A stretch of 63,899 nt of DNA, filler included, from Folioceros fuciformis (taxonomy: Eukaryota), in NCBI GenBank assembly GCA_049999805.1. It is 8 parts of 8 records of this genome, joined end to end, with 100 filler letters (N's around TTAATTAATTAA, not from the genome) between each part and the next. Parts side by side here need not be neighbours in the genome. Positions count along the whole stretch, not along the records: positions 20,515 to 31,948 come from JBNGIO010003182.1; positions 32,049 to 40,333 come from JBNGIO010003183.1; 6 more parts are not named here. The stretch is one strand, 5' to 3'. Shown here piece by piece: positions 23,501 to 35,304 of the stretch. Position numbers and translations under genes: made by a program. Numbering within the stretch: the stretch's first letter is position 1; the number at the start of each line of letters is the position of its first letter. The notes under the pieces are model-generated. The model was given only the letters and a program-made list of their open reading frames with translations. It made no database searches and was not told the origin of the DNA.

Positions 23501-26379
23501 GTGATCAAGTGTGCTAAATTCTTGATGGCTCACAAGCTCGCAATAAACAACACATAGTAGCTTTGTCGGATTTGTTAATTTGGCAGGGACAAATACTGTA
23601 TGGTCTGCGATGCTTTAGAAGGGAGTATCTCCGATGCAGCAAGTTGTGAACACGACCCAGAGGGTCAATTCGAAGATGATGCTTTTAGGTCCACCCCTGT
23701 TCATCCTGCTTACAAAGATCGGACCACCAAAGATGACTTCGAAATCATCAAGCCAATTAGTCGAGGTGCTTTTGGTAGGGTGTTTCTAGCAAGAAAGAGG
23801 ACAACGGGTGATCTTTTTGCTATCAAGGTGAGGGTTCGTCTGAATGGACTTTACAGATGTTCAATCAGTTCTTCTTTTTATGCCTTTTTCTTCAACATTG
23901 TCAATGTGTTTACTGGATGCTCCAATGTCTGTAGGTGGCATGTTGGTGTATCATAGTAGCACTGCAAAACCAATCTTTACCTGTCCTTGTTATTCTTTTC
24001 TGTAGGTGCTAAGGAAATTACATATGATCAGAAAAAACGCTGTGGAAAGTGTTCAAGCTGAGCGTAACATTTTGATCAGTGCTCGCAACCCTTTCATGGT
24101 GCACATCCTTGGCTCTTGTGTTACATCTGTAGTAAGGCTGAAGTGAGAAGCCCCTCAACGTGTCTAGCTGTTCATTCTTGTCCTCAGTTAGTCATGTTTC
24201 CATCTGCAGGTACGATTTTTCTATTCATTCACATGCAAGGACAATCTTTACCTTGTCATGGAGTACTTGAATGGAGGTGACCTGTACTCCATGTTAAGGA
24301 ACTTGGGATGTCTGGAGGAGGACATGGCCCGCATCTACATTGCAGAGCTGGTTAGACATTGCCTTCCTCCACCAAACTTGTGGATGCAATCCTTGTTTTC
24401 GATGGTGGTCACAGCTGTGGTGAACTTGCCTGGTGGTGCTCTTAGGCTTCCCTCTCAGTTCAGAGGGAGCTCTGAAAAGCATAGGTTGTGTAGGCTGTCT
24501 TCAAAATGCTCTGTTTCATGAGCTCTCAAGGTAAGAAGTTCTCTTTCTGTGCAGGTGCTGGCTCTTGAATATCTGCATTCACTTGGAGTGGTGCATCGTG
24601 ATCTGAAGCCAGACAATCTTCTAATAGCTCATGATGGACACATCAAGGTGACACATGTCCGCCCCTTCTTGGTGCTTACAAAAGCTGTCAAATGTGACAC
24701 GGTGAACGGGGCTGACACGGTGTGTGTGATGCAGCTAACAGATTTCGGCCTCTCAAAGGTTGGTCTTATCAACAGCACTGAAGATCTATCAGGGCCAGCT
24801 GCAAGCAAGCCGAAGCGTGCTGAGGATATTAGCGGTACCTCATCAGGAAATTCTCAGCAAAAAGCACAGAGGAGGGAGCGATCAGCTGTTGGCACTCCTG
24901 ACTATCTCGCACCAGAAATACTTCTGGGGACGGGGCATGGTGAGTTGAATCCTGTCAGGGCTGATCGAGTCTGAAGCGTAATTAGCAGAAAGATCGATGC
25001 AATCGAGACTGCCTTGGGAACATACGATTGGAGTAATTTGCTACTGTCAGAAAATGAGGGCCACGGATGTGCTGATCCTATTTGCAGGCTACACGGTGGA
25101 CTGGTGGTCAACTGGTGTTATCCTCTTTGAATGTCTTGTAGGCATTCCACCTTTCAATGCAGAACACCCTCAGGTGATGAACTTATCTATAGTTGTTGAA
25201 TATAGTGGATGATCTTGAATAACCCTTGTCTCCTGCTGCCGTTGGGTGTGATATTATCAGCCTTAGAACTGGAATTCTTAATTTAAAGAACTAAGTCTGA
25301 ACTCGTGATCGTGGTGCAGATCATTTTTGACAATATTCTCAATAGGAATATACCCTGGCCTCTCGTACCCGATCACATGTCCTATGAGGCGCAAGACTTG
25401 ATCGACAGGTACAGAGGTCTTCAAAGTTGTCCAGCAATGTGATGGAGACGAGAGAGGTGGCCCTGTTTTGATTTCAGGAGCTGGGAAGCACTCTTGAAGC
25501 AACCTCCCTTTTTTTAATGTCCGACTTTCTCATATTTTGCATGCTCTTTGCTCCACCATGACTCAGGCTTCTCGCGTGGGATCCCAATCAGCGACTTGGT
25601 GCAAAGGGAGCTGCAGAGGTGAAAGAGATCTGCCTTTAGCTTTGTATTTTGTGTGCGCTCTGTGTATACAGACGTGCATTATCATTTGTCTAAAACAATT
25701 GTCACAGAAACGGACGTTTTGTCGCTGTTAACAGGTCAAAGCTCATCCGTTCTTCAAGCACGTCAATTGGGATACACTTGCAAGACAAAAGGTACAGAGA
25801 TCATCAAGGACTTGTTGTAATTGAGGTTCTGTTGAAGTATTCCACATCTCATGCGCATTGTGATATACAGGCAGCATTCATCCCGAGTCCTGACACAGCA
25901 CACGACACCAGCTACTTCACATCACGTCACGTATGGAGTGCTTCAGATACACATCCGTTTTCAGAGCAGGATATAGGTGACTCAAGTGAATACGGAAGCA
26001 GTAGTGGTGACAGCAGTACCACGGTCGGCAGCGGCCAAGAGGAAGTAAGCTTGTGCTTAAGTAATAACAATTCGAGGTTCTGCTTGAAGGATTAGGTGTG
26101 GTGACGCAGAGCAAGGCATCTGACATATACTCGCCCGCAGGGTGATGAATGCCGGGATCTTGCCGAGTTCGAGATTACGCCTTCTGTAAAATATTCGTTC
26201 AGCAATTTTTCTTTCAAAGTAAGTACCTTGACTCCTGGCTCATCTGTGTCATGTGAGGGATGCGCTGATGGCTCACAGATGTCCTCTGCTCAATGTTGCA
26301 GAACCTGTCGCAGTTAGCATCCATCAATTACGACCTGCTCTTACAAACTGGAAGGGATTCGACGATGAAAGAGCAGTGA
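20515..26379 (+). CDS. IRE: IRE/IREH1-family AGC Ser/Thr kinase (MAST/Rim15-like), 17 exons, 5' truncated by gap
   Basis: GT-AG exons: <20515-21123, 21206-21376, 21491-21670, 21790-23169, 23285-23457, 23587-23827, 24006-24098, 24210-24350, 24555-24647, 24735-24939, 25088-25173, 25320-25408, 25567-25618, 25735-25791, 25871-26044, 26141-26218, 26302-26379. Motifs [27 protein letters not shown]...[54 protein letters not shown]. Confidence 0.95.
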
Positions 26380-28261
26380 CATTTTTCAAGAGTAAATTCT
26401 GTAACGGCTTCAGTTCACGCGTCAGGGAGGAACGGCGTCATTCTGCCGTGAAGTACAGCTCAGGCACTGCGTTGCGTTCTGCGATTCGCTGACGGTTTTG
26501 TCGCTAGATCTATCTTGAGGAGCCGGGCCTTCCTTCCACTTTTGGCCTACCTCTCGTAGTGTACGTAGTTACTGGCAGGCGTGTTTGCAGGAATGACCGT
26601 GAGAGATCGGGGACACTTCCCTGTTCTTGGCCTCTGTTCAGAAGGGTGGTCGCTGCTCTTGTATTTTATGATGTAACATATGTCCTCTGAGGAGATTTTG
26701 TCGTCGAGTAGCTCCAAGCGTGCTATCCTTCCCGGACGCGGTTACGTACGAGATGCAGAAGCCGTGGAGTCGCGTGAGCGGTTTGAAAATTTTGGAGCCG
26801 CGTACTCATACTCTGTGATGTCTGTATTGGCAGCTGTGAATGGGGTCGTGGGATGACCTAGTTCTTTTATGGTAAGTTCTACGCTGAACCCCCCTGCTAC
26901 ACTAGATTATGCATGTGCACAGCTTAGTTTCTGCCGAGGGAAGGATGTCCTCGGAGGAAGCCTGTCTTGACTACCGAATCCTGCGCAACTTGGATGGCTC
27001 GCTGCACGTCTTGCACAGCGTTTACAGATGTCGAACACATGTTGGGAAAGTCTCTCGTGTTTACATATACTGTTTTTTCACGATCATGTTCTTTTACCCG
27101 AACATTGGATCCGTTCGGCACGAGGTGCCATTAGGGTGTCCGCGGAGTGGCTACTGGAGCATGGCATCTTTCCTGTTCAACAACGATGGTCAAATTGCCT
27201 TCTCGCGTGCCGTAATCTAGTGGTACTGGCCAGCAAGAGAGTTCTCCAGCTATCGGTCACGGAAGAAGCGCACTTGGCATACCGGGATTATCTTGTGGTA
27301 GGGTGGTTCCCCTCGCACTGCGCCTTCGGCGAAGAGCTACGGCTAATCACTATGGCTGAAATGCGAGGGACGTTCTTGCGAGGCAGAGCAGGCTTCAGAC
27401 GATCCTGAACGTAGTCAAGATATGTCGTTGGCGTGTGGAGCAACAATACGATGCTGCCGTGAGAGCATCAACGCCCGTGGGCACCGAGACGCTGCAGCGC
27501 TCCCACACCAGCTCGATCTGGTCCCTTGTTGAAGAGGTGTTGACAACAGAGCCGTTTCATGTTTCCCTTTCCCTGTTCCGCATGCTGCGATCGCCGGCTT
27601 AGGTTATCAGAGGCGATGGATGCGTAGCACCAGGCCAAGCTCCTGTAGTTGGCCTGGTGAACACAGCCATCGCCTTTGCGAGCCTGCCTGGCTTCCCTGG
27701 TGGACGATTTTTCAGATCGAGATGCCCGGGAACAGGTTATCTCTCAGCTGCACAGGATCCAGGGTCCTAAGGTGTGAGGTCGATAACCACATCTTGTCTG
27801 AAGACGAACATGCACTCGGAAATCTCTTTGTAGTTGTGGAATGCAATTTTCGCTTGGCTGGCTGACATCATGTTGCAAGTTTGAGGCGTGGACTTAAACC
27901 CTAATCGTGTCCGACTTCCCGATGTGATAGTGAGAGTATTCTAACGGCTGCAGTATGAACACGTCCTGTGAAATCTGGTAAAAGCAGGCTAGTTGGGAAA
28001 TACCTGGTTCACAAGGTTTGACGAAGGGATTGAGGTATCCAAGCTCGAGCGCAGCACGCCTGCGGCATAACAGCGTTTCTTGAATCCCGACAATTTGAAC
28101 TTGACGTCAGAGGAGTCCTACCCTGCAGCGGCAACAGCAGCAATTCACTTGTCCCTAGTTGAAATTGCACTGGTCCAATTTTTCCTGTGCGGTTTGTGAC
28201 AGGGTCCCGCGTTAAGTCGCCCTGCAGTTAAGATGAGACGTCTCCGTGGCTTACCGTTGAG

Positions 28262-28561
28262 TGTGTGCATGGGCTGCGGCGAGGAGAATGCGTGGGCCAT
28301 ACTGAGGAGAGTCTGTGGACAATGGTGAGTAGAATGCGTGGGCCACAGCGAGGAGAGTCTGTGAGCTTCGTTGAGCAGTCAGCGCGGGGCTGCCGGTGAG
28401 GAGTCCGGGTGGGCTGCGGTGAGGAGTCCGGGTGGGCTGCGGTGAGGAGAATGCGTGGGCCACAGTGAGGAGAGTCTGTGGGCTTCGTTAGGAGTCAGCG
28501 CGGGACTGCCGGTGAGGAGTTTGGGTGGGCTGCGGTGAGGAGAATGCGGGGGCCACAGTGA
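28262..28561. repeat. GC-rich compound minisatellite
   Basis: ~22-23-bp units (GGGCTGCGGTGAGGAGTCCGGGT / ...GAGAATGCGT) with a higher-order repeat. Confidence 0.8.
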
Positions 28562-28869
28562 AGCTACTCACATTGCGTGAGGCCTCCGTCCGTCCGCAGC
28601 CCGCGTATAGCGGGCACCGGACGGAGCTATACGCGGGCTGCGACGGAGCTGTAGCGCACCGTGCGCGGGCTCGCTAAAAATGGGAGATTCGGTATATGTA
28701 AGAATGGTATTTAGGGTTTCAGTTAGGAAGGACCCGGTTATTCCATCCCGGGCAAGCTCGAGGTAGCCCGGGTTTGCTCTTCTTTTCCTTCACTCTTGAA
28801 CCCCGTCTGGCTTTTTATTCCTAGTGCCAGAGTTGGGACTTTCAACTTTCCTTTTCTAGCGCTGTGACT

Positions 28870-29255
28870 TCCTTCTTCTTGTCTGTACTTGAGAGTCCTT
28901 CTTCTTGTTTGTACTTGAGAGTCTTGAGTCTGAGTTCTTCTTTTTTATATATATATGATTAGTCCTTCTTCTTGTCCGTACTTGAGAATCTTGAGTCTGA
29001 GTTCTTCTTTTATATATATATATGATTTTATTGATTATTATTGATTATTGATTATATATTATATGATTATATTGTATTATCTTATTTTCAGTTATCGATC
29101 TTGTGTTCTAATTTTTAGTCATGGATCCTATGTTGTATTTCATGTTTCAAGTTATGTTCCAAAAGGTTATATTTACATTCTTTATTTTTAGTCATGGATC
29201 CCATGTTATATTTCATGCTTCAAGTTATGTTCCAAAAGGTTATATTCACATTCTT
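28870..29255. repeat. Short tandem duplications upstream of the Harbinger transposase
   Basis: TCCTTCTTCTTGTYYGTACTTGAGA x3, and a ~73-bp unit ATTTTTAGTCATGGATCC...ACATTCTTT x2. Confidence 0.8.
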
Positions 29256-29267
29256 TATACCTAGAGG

Positions 29268-30480
29268 ATGTACACTGTGGGAACCGATGACAGTGTGATG
29301 TATGTATTGTTCATATTGCTTTTGGCAGCTTCAGGTGGTGCTCTTGCGGACATGCAAAAAAGTAGTATTTGGTGGAAAGATCCATTTTCTACAAGGTTAT
29401 GGGAAGAGCTACACATGCAAGCTTGGCACTTGGAAGGTCATGAGAGACGAGATGAGCATTGGCGTAGAGAATACCGAATGTCATATCCAACTTTCATAGT
29501 TCTCGTTCAACAATTGCATCCCTTCTTGGTACGAACCTCACCAAGAACGTCTTTACCATGTGATAAAGCTATTACTCTAATGTTGCATAGGCTTGGCAAG
29601 AGTCTACCTTCCTTCACCGTTGCTTCGAAATATGGTGTTGGTGATGCCACATTTGTTGAGTATACTAAGCTCATTGTTTCCATCTTAAGTGACCCTGCCA
29701 AGCTATATTCTTCATTTATCACCATTCCATCAGTTCTCGCCAGGGTGACAAATCAACAGCATTTGAGCAACGTACCCTATTGCCTAGTATTGTTGGTGCT
29801 ATAGATGGATCCCTTATCAAGTTTGCCACCAAACCAGCTGAGCAGTATACTCTAGCAGCTTATCATTGCAAACAAAACAATATGAATTGCATGGTTGTGC
29901 AAGCCGTATGTGACAATTAGAAGATGTTCATTGATATATGTGCTAAAAGTCTAGGAGGTTCAAATGACGCTAGTATTTTCCAGAATAGTAGCTTATGGCA
30001 GCGCCGTATCACTAGAAGGATATTTGCAAGGCCAATCATTGAAGTGGAGAGAGTTCTAGTACCTCCTTATATCATTGGTGACTCCGCATATCCTATAAGA
30101 CCTTTTCTTATGAAAGGCTTCAAAATGCCTATGAATGCAGAGCAAAGAGCATTCAACTCTTCCTTTTCTTCTAGACGAGTTGTCATTGAGAATGCTTTCT
30201 CCTTATTAAAGAACAGGTGGAGAATATTGACAAACCTTAACGTCCACGTGAAATATGCTGCGAAGATAGTGGCTGCTTGTTGTGTTTTGCACAACTTTTG
30301 CATTGTAGCTGGTGAGTTAGAACCTTCGGAACCAGGGTGGACGAGTATCCTCTACCTCATGATGTTCCTGTTATCTTGACAAGTGCAGAGGAAGAGGCTA
30401 TGAAGAGTATTGCACAGGTTCAATACAATGCCTTGGTCAAGCATTGGCATAGACAAAGACAAGAACAATAGTATTGCATT
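29268..30480 (+). pseudogene. PIF/Harbinger DDE transposase (HARBI1/ALP1-like) pseudogene
   Basis: YRMSYPTF, GAIDGSLI, VVQAVCD, GGSNDASIF, IIGDSAYP, RRVVIENAFSLLKNRWRIL, CCVLHNFC; frameshift near 29750 and a stop at ~29918. Confidence 0.9.
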
Positions 30481-30564
30481 TATGTGCTTGAGTGATGTAC
30501 TTTGTTGCACAAATAAGTGAATAAGGCAGCAAGTACGTTTGTTGTTTTTGAAAAAAGTCTCTTA

Positions 30565-30870
30565 TTAAAATCCAAAAGTGAGAATACAAGCTTGTAGAGG
30601 TAAACAAGCTCATTCTAATGGTATACATCTCGTATCAAGATTAACCATATACTAGGACTGAATAGCACTTGAAGGTTTGCTCAAAACTTTAAAAATTATC
30701 TGGAAGTTTGCAATTTCGGAGCTGTTTTAGACGTCATCAATGATCCGAATCAAAAAATGACACCACAAGCTTGTAGAGCTTAACGGGAGAATTCTAATGG
30801 TATATAGCTGGTTTCAAGATTAACTGTATACTGCGACTAAATAGCACTTGAAGTTTTGCTCAAAATATGA
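30565..30870. repeat. Diverged ~180-bp tandem duplication
   Basis: CAAGCTTGTAGAG...TTCTAATGGTATA...CAAGATTAAC...AATAGCACTTGAAG...TTGCTCAAAA occurs twice. Confidence 0.7.
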
Positions 30871-31280
30871 CAAGTGCTGGACAGACACGTGAGTTTCTGC
30901 ACCAACTTCCCCTTCTTCTTCCACTCGCTTAGTGTGTCTTTGGTGGTCACAGTGTTGCTACAACTCCTTCTACCTCTCCTATTTGATCGCTCCCATGTGC
31001 AAATGGCTCTTAAACAATTTTTGGAGGGTAGAAACCCATGGAGGATCAATGAAGACCACATTGAGACGCGCGCCTATCCCAATTTTGTGTCATGGATGAA
31101 GGTTGCCAAAGTCCTGGTTGAGGAGTGGGAGTTGGGTCTGTTCTAGATCTCCTGGAACACTCAACCAAGTAAAGCAACCCATCCAGCTGCCCACTCAGCC
31201 CATCGCCCTACAGGTGACGAAGACCACCATGGTTGAGGCCATTAGTCAGGCTAAGATGGAGCTAACTCCACCGACGGAAC

Positions 31281-31722
31281 TAAAGGAATGTCTAGAAGCT
31301 ACATGGTGTAAGAGAGGAGAAGAGGAGGCAAGGAGGAGAGGAGAAGGAGAGGTCACACTCTCACAATAGAGTCACACATACAAGGGAGCTCAAGGGGGTA
31401 TTTATACCCTCTAGAGCTCCCTAGGAAGCTTCACAAGAAGCCCACAAGAAGCTTCCTAGAGATTAGCTTAAGATAATCTAAACTAATGATACTTAACTAG
31501 ACACTAATCTTAGACTAAACACATTAGTCTAGGCACATTGGGCTTTAATAACCCTACAACCACCCCCTTAAAGGCCAATTACCTTGATAGGAGAGTGATC
31601 TACCTCATGCCCATGAGTGTCTGAGCTTGTGCAAATTGCTCCGAAGAGAGCCCTTGGTGAGAACATCTGTAGGGTTCTGACTGGTGTGAACTTTGACAAG
31701 TTGTACCCTCTTGTCTTCCAAC
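31281..31722 (-). mobile_element. Copia 3' end: RNase H tail, PPT, 3' LTR (same family as 9647-9938)
   Basis: VKVHTSQNPTDVLTK; PPT AAGGGGGTGGT; LTR 31281-31558. Confidence 0.85.
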
Positions 31723-32630
31723 ACCTCTCTAGGACGACGGGGACAGCCCTGGAGTAGACAGGCCAGCAGGAGGGAGAACAAGAACCAGCTGTCCAGGGAA
31801 TCGAGGACCGAAGGTTGAAGGAACAAGGTCAGGGTGAGACAAGACCTGAGGAGCCACGGGATCAGGTGATGGCAGCCGACACAGTTTCCTCCAGACAGGA
31901 AGATAAGTTAGGGCGCGTTACAGCACAGGAGGGTTTTTCAGGGTGGGANNNNNNNNNNNNNNNNNNNNNNNNNNNNNNNNNNNNNNNNNNNNTTAATTAA
32001 TTAANNNNNNNNNNNNNNNNNNNNNNNNNNNNNNNNNNNNNNNNNNNNGTCCTCCACCACTTGGAAGAGATCATTGAGAATGGGTAGACGGCCAACGGCA
32101 CCAAGAGATGTCATAAAGGTATCAATTGATCGTCACTGACGGCACCGATGCATCCTTCTACAGCACCTCGCACCAAATGGAGAGCCCAGACAATAAGTCA
32201 GTATGGGCAAGAAACAATGGCATGCGATGCGCTCATCCTTGCTCGTTTCTAGTAATGTTTCTGACCTCGAGGAGAAGCGCATCCTTTCTTGTGTTGTCGG
32301 ATTAGCAACAGATATATGTGATCATTGATTCGACCCATGACGGCCTCGTGGTCCATTGTCTCGTAGGGCTGTCCTCGCAGGGGGGACCGTAAATCCTTGC
32401 GCCACTACCGTGACCACACAACAAGGAGGACACAAATCGGAGAGAGTTGGGAAAGGGCAACATGTACTTATATAGTCTGTTCTGAGGACACTGGTGGGAT
32501 GAACGAGTAGGGGAGAAAACTTCACTAGATTTAGAATTGTAGGGAGAGCTGTAACTGCTCGGCAGGTGAACTTACTGCAAGATATGTGAGGGCGGAGCGA
32601 AATCCTTTTCACTTTCATTCACTTCACCAG

Positions 32631-35304
32631 TTATCTTGCGACATGCCCCTCAACCATGTGCCCAGCAGAAGACGCAGAAGACGTTACAGGTGCATCCACA
32701 AATTTATGGTACGTGCTCTCCAATTTTGAGTTCAATTCTTGCAGCGTTGCATACACCTGCTCACTTTGCTTGTGCCTCCGGTCTCCCACCACGAAAGTAT
32801 GCATCTCATTCTCATGTTCAATCCAACTTTGGCCAGGATGCTTAGAAGCACCCGCTCTTTGTCGCAACTGTTCCATTTCTCCTGCAAGTTCCCACATATC
32901 CTCCTGAGCATAGATGCTTGCCATCAGTACGTACGGTGCAGCCTCCTTTGGCTGCAGGCGCACTGCACGGTCGAAAGCACGCTGTCCAACGCCAACATTG
33001 CCATACTTCCGACAGGCTCCAAGCAAGGACATCCACATTGAGTAGTCGGGCTGCAGTGGCATCCTAAGAAGCAAAGCCTCTGCCTTGCTCAGGAGCCCGG
33101 CACGCCCAACCAGGTCGACAACACTTGAATAGTGATCAGTTCCGGCGGGGATGCCATAATCTTCGGTCATGGATTCAAAATACTGCAGACCACTGTGAAC
33201 CATGCCGGCATGATTGCAGACGGAGAGCAGTAGAAGAAACGCAACTCCGTCTGGCTGCATGCCTGCTTTGCAAAATTCGTCAAAGCAGCGCACACTTTCT
33301 TCGTATTCCCCCTGCTGTGCGTAGCCAGCAAGCAGCGCATTCCACGCCACCATGTCCGGCTGGACGACTGTGTGGAACACCTTCCGGGCATTCAACATGC
33401 TGCCACACTTGCTGTAGGCATGGATAAGACTCGTTGCCACTGGAAGACTCTGCTCGTATCCGGAGTCCATGATACTCCTGTGGATTTGAGAGCACATGTT
33501 CAGGGCACCGGTGAAGCTGCACGCTTTCAGAACGGACAAGTACGTAGTCTTGTTAGGCCTCACCCCTTCCGCCTGCATCTGGGCATAAAGCTGTAGAGCA
33601 GTCTCTCCCCGTTCGTCAGCAGCATAAGCTGTTAGCATGGAGTTCCATACGACCACATCATGCCTGGACGCTTTGCAAAACGCAAGCTCCGAGTCCAAAA
33701 TGCTCCCACACTTAGCATACATACCCACCAGAGTGCTGGCCACAAATGGGTTGGACTCGTAACCCATTCGAGCTGCATCAGCATGTATCGCTTGCCCCAT
33801 CTTCAAAGACTTTGCTTTCAAGACTTGTCCATCGACAAGAACACTGTCCTCCTTGTCTGCAAGGCTGCCACAGCCCTGAAGTACGCTGACGAATGTCCGA
33901 TCGTTTGGGCAGACACCCAGGGCCTGCATCTGGGTATAGAGTTGCACCGCCTTGTCTCCTTGCTCCTGCTGAGCATATCCTGCAAGCATTGAATTCCACA
34001 AAACTACATCTCTTGTCGACAGCCTGTCAAAAATGGCTTGCGCAGTCTGAATGCCCCCACACTTGGCGTACATGGTCACAAGTCCGCTGCCCACAAACAG
34101 GTCAGTTTCATAGCCTCCACTGACCACCGCCGCATGCACTGCCTTTCCCCTTCCCAGGGACTCTAGTTTGACGGCTTGGCCATCTACCAGGACACTCACT
34201 TCCTTGTCTGCGAGGCTGGAACAGGCTTGCAGCAGGCTGGAATAGGTGTGCGCATTAGGACAGACACACTGCTGCTGCATCTGGGCATAGACCCGCAGAG
34301 CCTCCTCTCCTTTATCCTGCTGGGCATATCCGCCAATCATGGCGGTCCATGACACCACGTCGTGCTCGGGCAGACAGTCAAACACCCGCTGTGCGTCGAC
34401 CATGCTCCCACATCTGGCATACATGTCCACCAGTGCAGTGCCCACAAAAAGCTCAGAATCACATCCCTGAAGCACAACTCGTGCATGAATCCGCCTGCCC
34501 TTCTCCAGGTCTCCTACGCTGGCACAAGCTTTCAGTAAAGTGACAAAGGTGTATCGGTCCGGCTGCACACCTCCCTCCTGCATCTGTTCGTACAGCTGCA
34601 GTGCTTGCTTCCCTCTTCCAGCCTTGCAGTACCCCGACATCAGAGCAGTCCAAGAGAATGCAGTCCGTTGGGGAAGTCTCTGAAACACCTGCACGGCATC
34701 CGCAAGCCCCCCACACTTGATCAGCGTACTGACAAGCGTCTCTCCGAGGAACGGATCGGAATCCATGCCATTTCTGACCATATGAGCATGAACTTTAGTG
34801 GCCTCGGCCAAGGCCCGCTGGCGGACACAAGCCTGCAGAATGTGCCAGTATATGCGCTTAGAAGGCACACTGCCCTCTAGATCAATGCTTTGCAAAACTT
34901 CCATAGCCTTATCCAGACGACCCTCATCGCACACGATTTTTAATTCACACGCCCCTCCAGAGATGCCGGGCACCCTGCCAGACGATTCCTCAACAACCCC
35001 AAAGCTGTAGCTGATCCAACAACATGGCTGTGCGCAAGCAAATACACATTTCAAACGAAGAAATCAAACCAGACCGAAACGGAGTTCGTCAGTCAGACCT
35101 GATACTGCCACTGCTGCTCTTCGACCCAACCGGTCTGGTTAGCTGCTTCTGCAACTGCAAAGGGGAGGGAGAAGCCGAATCCTTGGAATCCAATTCCTTG
35201 CTGTGATGACCCTGCTTAAGGGACTGGAGGCGCCCGGAAGAGAAGGACACAGGATGGAGAGGGATGTTTTGTGCATGGACAGCACATGTGTTAGGTGAAG
35301 GCAT
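32631..35304 (-). CDS. PLS-class PPR protein, E1-E2-E+ type without DYW (organellar RNA-editing specificity factor)
   Basis: Open frame 35054-32631 with P-L-S triplets, P2-L2-S2, E1/E2 and PG box KHPGQSWIE...HTFVVGD. Tentative Ser-rich first exon 35304-35099 spliced to 35010 or 35004. Confidence 0.93.

Noticed and set aside
30837-31280. Myb/SANT second ORF of the Harbinger element
   Set aside because: No Myb-like Trp spacing is visible in either strand's short ORFs.
9647-31558. LTR copies at 9647 and 31281 as the two ends of one element
   Set aside because: Opposite orientation, different contigs, and no matching TSD.
32636-35010. Plus-strand ORFs over the PPR gene (likewise those opposite the kinase and the second PPR)
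   Set aside because: Antisense shadows of well-supported coding frames with no motifs of their own.
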